This document shows positions 26,501 through 38,500 of a stretch of 64,000 nt of DNA, piece after piece. Numbering within the stretch: the stretch's first letter is position 1; each line of letters starts with the position of its first letter. Origin of the DNA: Amoebophrya sp. A120 (Eukaryota > Protista > Dinoflagellata); contig CAJINV010000004.1 in NCBI GenBank assembly GCA_905178155.1, positions 156,969 through 220,968 of the forward strand, read 5' to 3'. Made by a program: the position numbers and the translations under genes. The notes under the pieces are model-generated. The model was not told the origin of the DNA, did no database searches, and saw nothing but the letters and a program-made list of their open reading frames with translations.

Positions 26501-29500
26501 TCTCCCACAACAAAAGAAGGACACATCAGACATCAGACCCAGCGTCAAGATGACAAATTTGCTTACACCAGTCAAAAAGTTTTTAACCTGATGTATTTCT
26601 TGGCCACGCGACCGACGGGCGTGGCGATCCCTGAGGAGCACGACACACATTCCAATTTCAAAAATATAAAACGAGATGGCATCCTCAGAAAACGGCGCTC
26701 ATGGGATTTGTGCATGAGGAACGTTTATTCTGGGGCGCAGATTTGCGTGACATCAACTCTGGGGCGGGGACGTTTTCGCACAGAATGCGCGCCGTTCTTC
26801 ACCCTCGCAAAAAAGGACGACTTTATGCCATCCTACAGCGGACTTTTTCGGCTTTATGTCCCAAAAACGTCGGGGGTGGCGGCTAACAAAGAGTGCACCA
26901 TTATCATGTGTAAAAACCTCTCCACCCCAGAGTCAAGATGGGATTTTTGCTACACAAGTCAGCAAGTTTTGGCTGTTGCGTATGACAAGCTTTGGTCTCT
27001 AGTATAATAGCGCTGCTTGGCTAGTAGAGCCGCATCACAAATCCAGCTCCCTATCCTGATTAGCGCATGACAAAGTACCAGACAGCATGAGAAAGTGCTG
27101 CTCATGGGGTTGCGCATGAGAAACCTTTTAGGCATGCAGATTTGCGTGACAACTTTGGGGGGGACGTTTTTCCTCAGGATAACCATGTACGAGGACGTCG
27201 GGGTAGAACGTAAAATATCCTGTGCAAAAGTATCGCACTCGTACTGCAGTCATGCATTGCAGATGCTTTTCTTAAAGTAAATCCGCATTCACAAACTTAT
27301 TTTCTCATGCTGAAGAAATTTGTATTTGTAATGCATTTCCATTTGTACGAGGAGTGCGATACTTTTGCGGTTCATATAAAACCGCCAGCGACGCCTTTGC
27401 GGTACTTACCGAATGCATATATGTTATCTGGGTCTGGAAGAGTGTAGACTTGTCATGCAGGAGGTTTTCCATGATCCGTGATGTCTGTGATCGTGATGTA
27501 CGCCCTAGCATCACAGAGCTTTTGATGAGGGCTTCTAGATGCCAATCCCGCATGACAAATGCCCTTTTGGCCTAGAAAAAATTGGGCTCCTGTTGCTGCT
27601 CATGCAATGCAGAGTTTTTTACAATCCAAACGCAGGATGATCACAAGTTCCAGCTTTCCAGACCCAGGAGACATATTTGCGTTTGATAGCACTCCCACTT
27701 CCGCAACAGGTGTTCGCATTAAAGGATGCGACGAATTTATCGCCAGAAAAAAACTGTCTCACTGTAAACTTGTAATGCAGATGAAAATACATCTCACTCG
27801 CACAAGTGTTTGTCGTGCTAGACACAATTATCAAGACGGTGAGTTTTTACCTGCGTAGTCTCCGTTTTCCCTTAGGAACCTTGTACGGCAGATTTTCTCT
27901 GTCATGTAGAACGAACTTGCGATGCAAAACCTGCAAAATCCTATACAGTGAAACGCTTTTTTCTCACGATAGAATACAGCGGCTGTCGGGAATTTCATTA
28001 CAACAGCAGAAGGCTGCTTCGAGTGGTGCTTTCGCAGCAGCAAGTGCGTTGCGTTTACGCTTTTACCCAACATATGAGAGTGCACAATTCCCCCTCTTCC
28101 TCATTTGTCATGCAAAACCCCATATGCAAGTGCTTCCCTGTGGCACTGTTTGCATGACAGATTCCGGAAGGAGCCCAAACAGTACTACACTAGGCGCACA
28201 AATTTGTCATGCGCAGGCTCCACCCACGACGTGTGCTGGTGTTTGTAATATGATTGCTGTTCATCTTCATGGAATACAAACGAGGGGAGTTGGGGGAGTT
28301 GTGCACTGTCATGCAACACCTTTGCCGAATATAGCGACAGCGACCCGAAAATTACGGAAGTCTCGTCAGAGCCGTATGCCTGTAGTGTAAGCAGTGAAAT
28401 TTCTGCGTGCGTCCCAGCCACCCTCTATGGCCCTCTCCGCTGCCAGCTTTACTCGTCCTTGAAGCGGTCGTATGGAACTGTCAGAATTGAAAGTAACAAA
28501 GCTAGAATTACTATCTATTATATTCATGCGAAAAAAGAGGTCTACAGAGGGTAGACGAGAGGTGGCCGAGAGGTCAAAAAGAGGTAAAAAGAGGTCGACA
28601 GAGGTGGGGAGGTGGCGCGGGAGGTCGTCAGGGAGGGTGGCCGAGAGGTGGCGCGGGTATAGCCAGCCGAACCGTTCACCCTAAGGCCGCGCCTATAGGG
28701 ACCAGAGGGGGCCGAGACGGTGCAGGGAGGGCAAGCGAGAGGGGGACAGAGGTGCCGAGAGGTTGCGCGAATAAGGGCGAACCTCTCGCGCACCCTCCTG
28801 GCCACCTCTCGGCCACCTCTGTAGACCTCTACCGGCGAGTATAGCCGGATTATTAGCAACACCTCTCGGGAGAGGTGAAAAAGAGGGCCCGCGAGAGGGT
28901 AAAAAAGACCGGAATCCGCCCGGTACAGGGCCGATCTTCTGGGGGGGTTTTGCATCGCGTGGGGCCGCACCCTCTCGCGCCGGCCTCTCGCGCCGCCCTC
29001 CGTCCCGCGCTACCCTCTTGCGCCAACAGTTTCCGCCGAGAATCCATTTGGGCGAGGGCGGAAGGGCGGCCCACAATTGGCAGCGTGGTTCCCGCTCTGC
29101 TTCGGCACCTACGCCCAGGCGGCTACTGTTCGCGCCCAAGCCTCGCTGCAGTTGCTCCCTGCGCATAGCGCCGAAAGGCGCGGGAAGCGCGCAGGAGGCC
29201 CTGCGGGCTGACATGGCGCAAGGCGGCGCCAGAAATTTGGTCGGTCTGTCACAGTGTGGTCCTGAAATTTGGCAGGGCTCTGGTGCTGCGGTCCGATCCG
29301 CAAATAGTTATGCCCCAGCGCAACAGCCTTGCGCCCCGGCGGCAGCCGGGGCATGGCTGGCAATTTCTCATGCATAAAATCTATACCAGTCGGACCCACA
29401 GTTTCCAATCGGCGCATGACAAATTTTCCTGGCCTCTGCAGCAAGTCTTTTTATGCTGTTTAGGGCAAGAGGGCTCCTCCCTGTCATGCTAGTCAGCAGC

Positions 29501-32500
29501 CCAATTCCTGACCGTTGCCAGCGCCATAATCTGCCTCCCGTGCGTCCTTTGCAATAGAGTCAGTCTCTGTGTTGCATTTTATGCATGACAAATCATTTCA
29601 ACTTTGTCGATTTCGAACCTGACACATCCATAGGCGGCCGCAGGAAAAATACGAGTGGGGCGAGAACGGCCCGAAGTATCAAATGCAAATATGTCTGGCT
29701 CTGGAACATTCTAAACTTGTGATGCTGTCTCTGGATTCTAAAAAGATTTGTATTGCATGACCAGCAAGTGGACTCCGGTTTGTGCTACGCGGAGAGGGCA
29801 TTTCTCATGCGGTACAGGTATCGCAAAGCCCTCTAAAAATCTTCTGTGATGCTACGGCACGCATCACAGACATCGCGGCTCATGGAAAATATGCATGACA
29901 AATCTAGAAATCTTGCAGACCCAGACATTCTTGCATTTGATACGACGGGTTCCGTGGGGATGATCTTGGGCGACTCCAATCCTGACAAGACGCTCGCGTC
30001 AAAATGCTATCCTGTGCAAAAGTATCGTACTCGTAGTAATCCCATTCATGCATTACAAATTTTTTTCTCAAGGTAAATCCGCATTACAAATTTCAAGGAT
30101 AGCCATGAGGGAACGCATTGAGTCTACTCATGGCTATTTGCCTCCTTTTTGCATGGGTGGCTCCTGGGGTCTCCTCTTCGCGTCGGTTTGCTTTGTGCCA
30201 AGTTCGGTCGTGGGGCTTCAGAGGAACAAAACTATAACGATCGCACTCGTGGGGACAAATTGCATATGGGGCCGTAGATCAAGTATTTCCACTTAGTGCG
30301 TCTTTATTAATTCCCTCAGGAGCACTGCTGTGTCTATCTCGATTCCCATTGTGCCACTCGTAGGCATTGCTTTCCGCTCAGTTTCATTATCTGCCTTGTC
30401 AGAGCGCAAATAATGGGAGTAGTAGTGCGTCGGGTTGTCCCTGCCAGTTCACGACCCGCCACTGATGCCGCGCTGCGAAGGGAGGGGCAGCGTGCTACTG
30501 TCGGCCCTGCTTGCTACCGCGGAGGGAGCGGCCCAAGTTCCCGCACCCACCGGAAACGCCGAGGGTTCGCGCGAGACCGACAGCCACCCCCTATCCCCGG
30601 GCGGAGCCCCCCCACTCTACCCCCGGAACCCGCCCCCCTATACCGCCACTTCTTTGGAGCCCAGAGATTGTATCATGTTCCCCCCCTTCACCAGGACCGA
30701 GCCCCGATAGCGCCGCGAAGGGGCCGAGCACGCTTTGACGAAGCCGCAAAGGGCCTGGAAGAAATACACCGCAGAGCAAATCCATGGAGCGCCTATGCAT
30801 GTAGAGTTTGCATGGCGGCGCGCTTCCTTGTAGTGGCGACCTTCTATCTTGGCATGGCGACGCATGATGACAGTCAGAAGCAGAAGGCATGCGCGAGCAA
30901 AGGACAAGGGAGATACCACGTTCCAAGATTTGCCGAGCAAATTGCATAACGATGCGGAAAGACAGAGGCTTTTTTTGAAAGAGAGGCCATTCACACCATG
31001 CGAGGCCACCCGCGCGAGTATTCTAAAATAGGGAATACTCCCCAACCGCCCTACGGCCATGGTTGTGAAAAAAAACGGCGCCGCGGGTCCCCGGGTTCGC
31101 ACAGCCACCCAGTTTTTTTACTAACTATTATCCAACAGCAGTCCGTCGAGCAGTCCCAGTACCCCCCGAGTAGCCCCCCCAGCTACCACCTCGAGCCTAT
31201 GGCCCCACCTGCTGCCTCGGCACCAACTGGATCGGCTCACCATCCGCTTCCGGGGGGTGCAAATTGGTATCTAACCGACACTGTGCCAAGAGGAGGGCCC
31301 CCCCGGGACCGCCTGGCGATAGCCTGCCATGGGTTTCGCTGTCTCCGGGCGGCGTAGCGAGTTATCCTGCGAAAGCTTAAAACCTGCAGAAAACGGGCCG
31401 CGGATGCGTTCTTGCTGGACATTGCCAACATTTGCCCACGCAGAGCCGTTGGCTTGCTGGACACACACAGCCAACATTTGTCCAAAACAGCCGAGGGCCA
31501 AGACGACGCCGCGAGGACGACCGCAGGGGGTCTGTCTCCAAGAAGAAGAAGATGGCGAGGGAATGCGTCATGCATTTATACGAGTGCGATACTTTTGCAG
31601 TTCATAAATGCCGCAGGCAGCTGATGAGCGCGGTCATCCGCGCGCAGCCGTAGGGATGTGTCAGGTTTGAATTCGTCAAAGTTGAAATAATCTGCAAACG
31701 CATAAAATGCATGACCCGAGGTGCGTGTGTTGCAGAGCAGGCAAGTGAGGCCGATTGTAAGCCTGTTCGGGGTTACAGCTCGAGCTGCTAAAGTAGCATG
31801 AGAAAATCGAGGCTCTTCTTTGCCTAAACAGCATGACAAACTGGATTTAGGGACCGCCGAAATTTGTCATGCGCCACTTGGCTCAAGGCTTTGCATTGTT
31901 TCCTGAGATCCAACAATCAAATCTAGAACAGGGGGAGCTATGCCGTAGAGTACACACGATAACTCGCAATCATTTTACCACCACTGACACCACGCCGGTA
32001 TCTCCCCCGACCCCCTGAGGAGGAGTTTCGAACGAAGTAGATAAACGCCCGAGCGTGGCGGGTCCGCTGTGCCCCCCTTTGCAGTAGCCTGCTAGATCTC
32101 AGGCCCCCCTTTACAGTAGCCGAGATCTCAGACCCAGCGTTTCGCGTTGCCGAGTGCCCATCCTAAAAGTGACCTCCTTCCCGCCCGGACATGGCGCCTA
32201 AATCCTGCAGCAGTCGTCCACGCGCCATCCTGCGCAGCAGCAAGGTCCTCGCTTAGCCTGACGGGCATGGGCAGCAGCTTCTCCATGTTCGCGGAGTCGC
32301 CGTTTACCGTCCTGCGGGTGTCCACTCCAGAGGAGCGGCACATAGTAGTCGTGCCGTACAACCGCAATCCGGGGAGGCGAGAGTCGGGGCGCGCAATAGG
32401 CTGCGGGTCGTAGTCTCCCACACACAACACCACCAAAGCGAGACAGGCCGCACCACTGCCAAACACGGAGGCACCGACCGCCAGCGCGCGACCAGGGCAG

Positions 32501-35500
32501 GCGTAGGCCCACACTGCGCGGCGCCTAGGTTCACGCGGAGTCCACTCGTGCCGGGCACAGGCGCGGCGCAAGACGCTAGCAAATGCGGCAGGGCTGGAAG
32601 AATTTCAGCAGTAAGCCCAGCAAGAAGCCTACTCCCGTAGCACGCAACAAAAGATGTGTAGGGGCACTCAACAAAAGGTGTGTAGCAGCAAACTCTTCGG
32701 CTCGAAGCATTTGCGTACCGGGGCCGACGAACGCAAGCGGCACGACCACCGAAACGCTCCCAGCCGGGTGAGGTTCCACCATGGGCCCACGTCACATTTT
32801 CACCTCGGGAAGCCCGCTGCCCCCGGTCTTGCATGTTCTGAATAAATTATGTATCAGACTGACGCTTGCATGGCCCCCAAGAAAAGTGTCCCCACCGTCC
32901 TCCCATGTGTTCCCTTGCCGCTGCCCCTTTGTGAAGTCGAAAACGTCGCCCATGATCATTATGGGTATGGTCTAGCCTGTAGCTTCTCCTCCTGGGTTAC
33001 TGGCGGCCTGGTCAGTTTTCGGACAGTGACAGCTGCTCTGCCTGCTCTCCATGGGGCGCGTGTTGTTGTGCGTGCGTCCCTGCTAAGGTATTGCAATAGT
33101 GAATGTGGCAAATAAAAACAGCTGCCAGCTCTCACATTGTGCTGGTGGTCTGTGCTCTGCCAGATAGGAATGTGAAGTGGGTTGGGCCGTTTCCGTCCCC
33201 GTTGCTGGTGCTGGTGCTCCGGGGTGGTTGGCTATGTCCTAGAGTTGTATTGGTGGCGTTTTGTGTGAGGAGTATAGTGGGGAGTGCCAGGTCCATAGGG
33301 CCCGGGGGGGCGGCGTCTTCGGGTTGATCAATTCACCTGATGCACAATGTCCCGCCCGCAGTAGCGCAGTCTGTTTATGTCATGCGCCACTTGGAATAAA
33401 CTAGGCGCCAACTGGTATCCGCTTTATGCATGACAAACTATTTCAACTTTGACGATTTCAATCCTGACGCTTCCATAAGCCGGGCAACAAAAATATGGTG
33501 AAGCTGGATGGCCACTACTTTCAGGGCCTACCGGAGGGTTACGTTTTTCCGCCGGAGCAGTATGATTCGGGGAAGAACTCGTACACGCCTGGGTATTCGA
33601 ACTTATCAAATGCAAAAGTGTCTGGGTCTGGAAGATTGCCAGGCTTGTCATGCACATTTTGCATGACTCCTGATGTCTGTGATGCATGCCCTAGCATCAC
33701 AGATTTTGTGAGGGCTTCCTGATGCCTATACCGCCTGACAAATGCTCTTTCCGTTGAGCAAAACTTGGACTCTCTTTGCTGCTCATGCAGTACAGATTTT
33801 TTTACAATCCAAAATCAGCGTGACAAGTTGCAATCTTCCAGACCCAGACATTTTTACACTTGATAGAACTACGGCCGGTACGACTGCTACACAACGCATC
33901 ACGATATCAATTTTGACGAGTGGCACGGGGCGGCTTCGTACGCATTGCAAATATGATGTCTGGGCTTGGAAATTTATTTGCATTGCTGGAGCTCGCATGA
34001 TCCTCGCCAAGTCGCCGCTCGCAAGGTCGGCAAAACAGCGTGACTATGAACGGACAGAATACAACTCGACCCCAAGAATAGCATATAGCGTCACGAGAAT
34101 GAAACGAGCGACCTAGTACGAGAATGACGCAGCAATGGGGCCCCACCCGCTTCCAACTTTTCCCGCTCTGGACGGTTGAGAAGCTGCACTTTTCAAGGGG
34201 CCTTTGCCCGTTTTTTCGCGCAAAGCTACTTGCTTTACTCGCGGCTTTTCTCCACTCGAGCGGTCGGGTGGAGAAAAGCCGTATTACAAATTCGCAAAAC
34301 CGGCCGGATTTAGATGCGGTTTTTCTCCCCGCAGGAGAAAAGCCGCAGCACAAATTCGCAAACTTCGACGCGATCTTTCTCCCCCCGAGACCTCGGGGTG
34401 GAGAAAGACCGTATCACAAAAGGCCCGAGCTCCGCATTACGGGCTCTCCGCATTACAAATGCGGAAAAAGCTGTTTTTTACATGCGGCTTCCCAGAGCTC
34501 GGGGTTGTGGCTATGGCTAATGCGGAAAGCCCGGAGCTGGAGCTTAGGTTCTCCGCATTACAAAGGCGGAAAAATCCGGGCTCTCCGTACTACAAACCCC
34601 ACCTTTCGCCACAGGCGGCTGCTGCCGCACCGTCGTGCGTAACCTTTTGCGCGATGTTATCATCAAGCTACAAAATGCCCATTCTCCCACACGCGCATCA
34701 ATAGCATCGGGCATTAGGTTATGCTGCATGGTGCCCCTGCGTGAGAACTTCCCTCTCAGCGACACCATGCGGCATTAAATTATGCGCGACCTGTAGCTGT
34801 CTTTTTCTTCGCCGTTAAGCGTTGCGCAGCTTCTTTTCTTTGCTGAAGCTCGCATCCTCCCCAAGTCGACGCGTGCAAGGTCGGCATAACAGCGTGACAA
34901 ATTTTGCGAGGCTAGTGCCTTTTGCTGTTGCAGACAAGGGCTCACGACTGACTCTTAAAAAGCAGGACAAGCAGGCTTCTTCTACTAGCACGAGCACGAC
35001 CAGTCGCATTGATCAACATGCATATTATGATAAGTGGTACAGATCGTGGCCGCGTGGTTCAGATCTCGCATCACAAATCCAGACCCCGATAGTACATTTG
35101 CATTTGTAGTGCATATACTGTTATGGACTGCAAAAGTATCGTACTCGTATAAATGCATTACAAATTTTCTCAGCATGAAAAATAAAATTTGTCATGCTGA
35201 TTTACCTTAAGAAAAGAGACCGGTACGCGCTGAGGCCTAGATTTGTAATCACCATGCTACGATGAGGGTTACTATTTTTGTGTCGCGCATACCATCGGGG
35301 AAAGCAGGGGGCCCCCGCCTCCCGCCCTCTCGGTCGCCCGCTGCGTATCCCGCTTGCAGGGGGCCCCCGCCCTTCCGCCTGCCGCCTCCACAGGGGGCCC
35401 CCGCTCCTCACCGGGGCCGCCCGCCTGGTGAAACAGGGGGCCCCCGCCCCCCGCCCTCTCACCCGCTGCGTATCCCGCCTCCGCAGGGGGCCCCCGCCCT

Positions 35501-38500
35501 TCCACCTCCGCAGGGGGCCCCCGCTCCTTTCCCGGGTCGCCCGCCGGAGGCCACAGGGGGCCTCCGTCCTTCTCCGCGGTAAGTCTCTCTCGCCCGCAGG
35601 GGGCCCCCCACCTCCACCTTTGGTGCCCTAGGGTGTTCGAGGGGCCCCCCACCCTTGGGGCCCCCCGCCCCTCACTCCTGGTGTTCGAGGGGGTCCCCCG
35701 CCTTCCTTTCCCACTCGCAAGGGCTCCTGTCAAGTACATCGCTCCGCGCCCGCAATAGGGGAAACGCAGCGGGGCCCCGCCCCGCATTCACCCCCGTTGC
35801 CGCAGGCCGGGAGCTCGCGCTGGCGCCCTGCCCTCCCAAGAAGTGGCAACACATTCATGGGCCCCGCGCGGCTGAAGTACATAACCAGTAGCGACGCCTA
35901 GGCCTCTACGCGGGGCCAACCGCAAATACGCGGCTGGGCCAACCAGTAGCGCCGCGTGGGCCTCTGCGCGGGGTCAACCGCAAGTACGCGGCTGGAGCAG
36001 GGCAGACGTACGCAAAGGCCCGCGCATAGCGCCTGAACACACGGCGACGGCGACGTGGGACGGCGGGCACAGAGTTGGACAAGCTGACTGTGGCCGCCGA
36101 CGTGGGTACGCACGCTGCCCGCGCGTGCCGAGGTGATCGGCAGGGGCGGCCTGCGCGAGCGGGGGGCCTCTGCAAGAATTAGGGGCAGCAGCCCTGTTGG
36201 GCTGTCACTGGTGTCCATGTTGTTTAGGAAGGCCGCAGGACTTTTGTGCTCGTTGGTTGTCAATGCGCCGCATTGACAACGAACCAGAGCAGTGTGTTGG
36301 GGAATACTGCCCACATGCGCCGGCACACGCACTACGCGCGCGGGAAAATATTGCCCCCAAGCGTTGGCGCCAACATGTGCCAGGGCACGGACGCAGTGCG
36401 CCGAGCAGCCGGAGCCGTGCTGTTAGGGCGTGCGGATTCTGACCCGCGCCGGCAAGGGCCACCACGGAAAAAAGTAGACACGCGCCCGGGCGCGCAACGG
36501 AAATACTGCCCACATGCGCCGCGGTGCGGGCTAGCGCGATGCCAGGCAGCCGCAAGCCTGGCGCGGAGCGTTGCAAGGGGAGGCGCTCCGTGAAACAGGG
36601 CCCACACCGTCGCGACCCCAACGCGCGACGGTCGCGGCAAACCACGGAAACCAACTCCGGACGCTGGCGCCATACCATTGGGGTTCGAGAGAAAGTCGCC
36701 GCGCTTGTTCCGATTTGTGTCACGGCGAGACACATCGTGAAAAAAGGACCCTGCCCTCGTGATTCGGCTGCGCGGCTTTCGCGAAATATCGCGGAAAAGC
36801 AGAAAAAACCAATGCCGCAAACAGGGCCCGTAGCATCGCGATTCGCGACGCAAGCGGTAATTTTTTGCACGATTTTTTGCACGGTGCAAATACTCGTGCA
36901 AAAGAGGCCCTACCATCGCGATTAGCATAGAAAACACAGCAACTTTTGCACGATTTTCACCAGTTTCACGACAAATCCCGGGACTCGGGGAAGTCCCGGG
37001 ATTCCGGAAAGACGTGAGTAAAAGACAAAAGCAAAAACCAGAAGACTCCGAAGGGCCAACCCGCATGGTATGGCGCGCGTAGGCCAATAGAGTCCTTATG
37101 TTTTCGTAATGTAAAAAAAGCCGCTTCACGAGGGCACCACGCCCGGGCATATACGCAAGGTTTGACCCCAATCACGATGCTAGTGCGAATAATTCTAGGC
37201 CTCAGCGCGTACCGTTCTGGAAGAAAATTATTTGTAATGCAAGACCTGCGTTTATTATACGAGTGCGATACTTTTGCACAGGATAACTGTGGTCTCGTCG
37301 TCGGGGCGGTGATGCCAACGATCGGCGTCGGAGCGATGGAAATCGCCGCAGGCACGGGCATATGAAATGTGAAAATGTCTGGGTCTGGAAGAATGCACGT
37401 TTGTCATGCTTGTCTGGCATGACTCTTAAATCTGTCATGCACGTTACCCAACAGCTCCATTTTTCTGTGATGCAGAGACGCAGTTTGTCATGCAGAATAG
37501 GCAATACCTAGAAGCTCAGAAACGAGTCATGCGGAGCCAGCATTTGTGGCCTCATCATGAGACGCCACCCAGCGTCACAAGTTTCCAGACCCAGACACGT
37601 TTGCATTTGATAGGGCACCGCCGTCGTGGGACCTGGGACGATGGGGGTCTCACCAAGGCCGACCTTGGCACCAGCGCCTTCCGCTTGTCGGAGCAGCCCC
37701 TGGGACCGTTGACGCCGGGGAACGTGCGCACAGAGTGCGCCAAAGTGTGCACGCAGCTCGTGCCCCGGTGTGTAGGGTTCACGTACATGGACGCGCAGAA
37801 AGATTACCGGCAACAAGCGGACGTGCAGCCTGAAAGCAAATACGGCCTCTATGGAAGCGCCAGGATTGAAATCGTCAAAGTTGCAAAACTTTTTCATGCA
37901 TAAATTGCAAGGCATGAAGTGCCTCTCTTGCAGGGATGGCAAGTGAGGCCGATTGTCAGCCTGTTTGGGGTCTGAGATAGAGCTACTAAAGCAGCATGAC
38001 AAAAGACGCCTTCTGTTCCGAAGCAGCATAACAGATTGGATTTAGACGCTGTTGAGATTTGTCGCGCACCGCTTAGAAACTGGGCCACAACTTCCATCCA
38101 TTTCAATATGCATTACAAGTTATTTCAACTTTGTCGATTTAAATCCTGACACATCCATAGGCTCCTGGACAACAATAAAATGGCGACGATGGAGGCTATG
38201 CTGGGGGGCACAGAGGATATCAAATGCAAAAGTGTCTGGGTCTGGAAGAGTGTAAACTTGTCACGCAGGTTCTTCATGACCCAGGAGGGCTGGAATGCGG
38301 GGCCTAGCATAACAAACAGAGTCTGAGAGGTCTCTGCCATGCCTATCCTGCGTGAGAAACTTCCTCCAAACTTGGTCGAAACTGGACAGCTTTTGGCACT
38401 CATGCAGCACAGATTTCTGCATGATTCGACTTGAGTGTGACAAGTTCCAACCTTCCAGACCCAGACACTTTTGCATTTGATAGAGGATGGCATGGAAACA

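Noticed and set aside
37790-37850. Apparent frameshift to RTCSLK in a PAN module
   Set aside because: The unshifted frame continues stop-free through the following exons (..TEDGMETH..PCAPCLENHAHTCKEGC), so no frameshift is needed.
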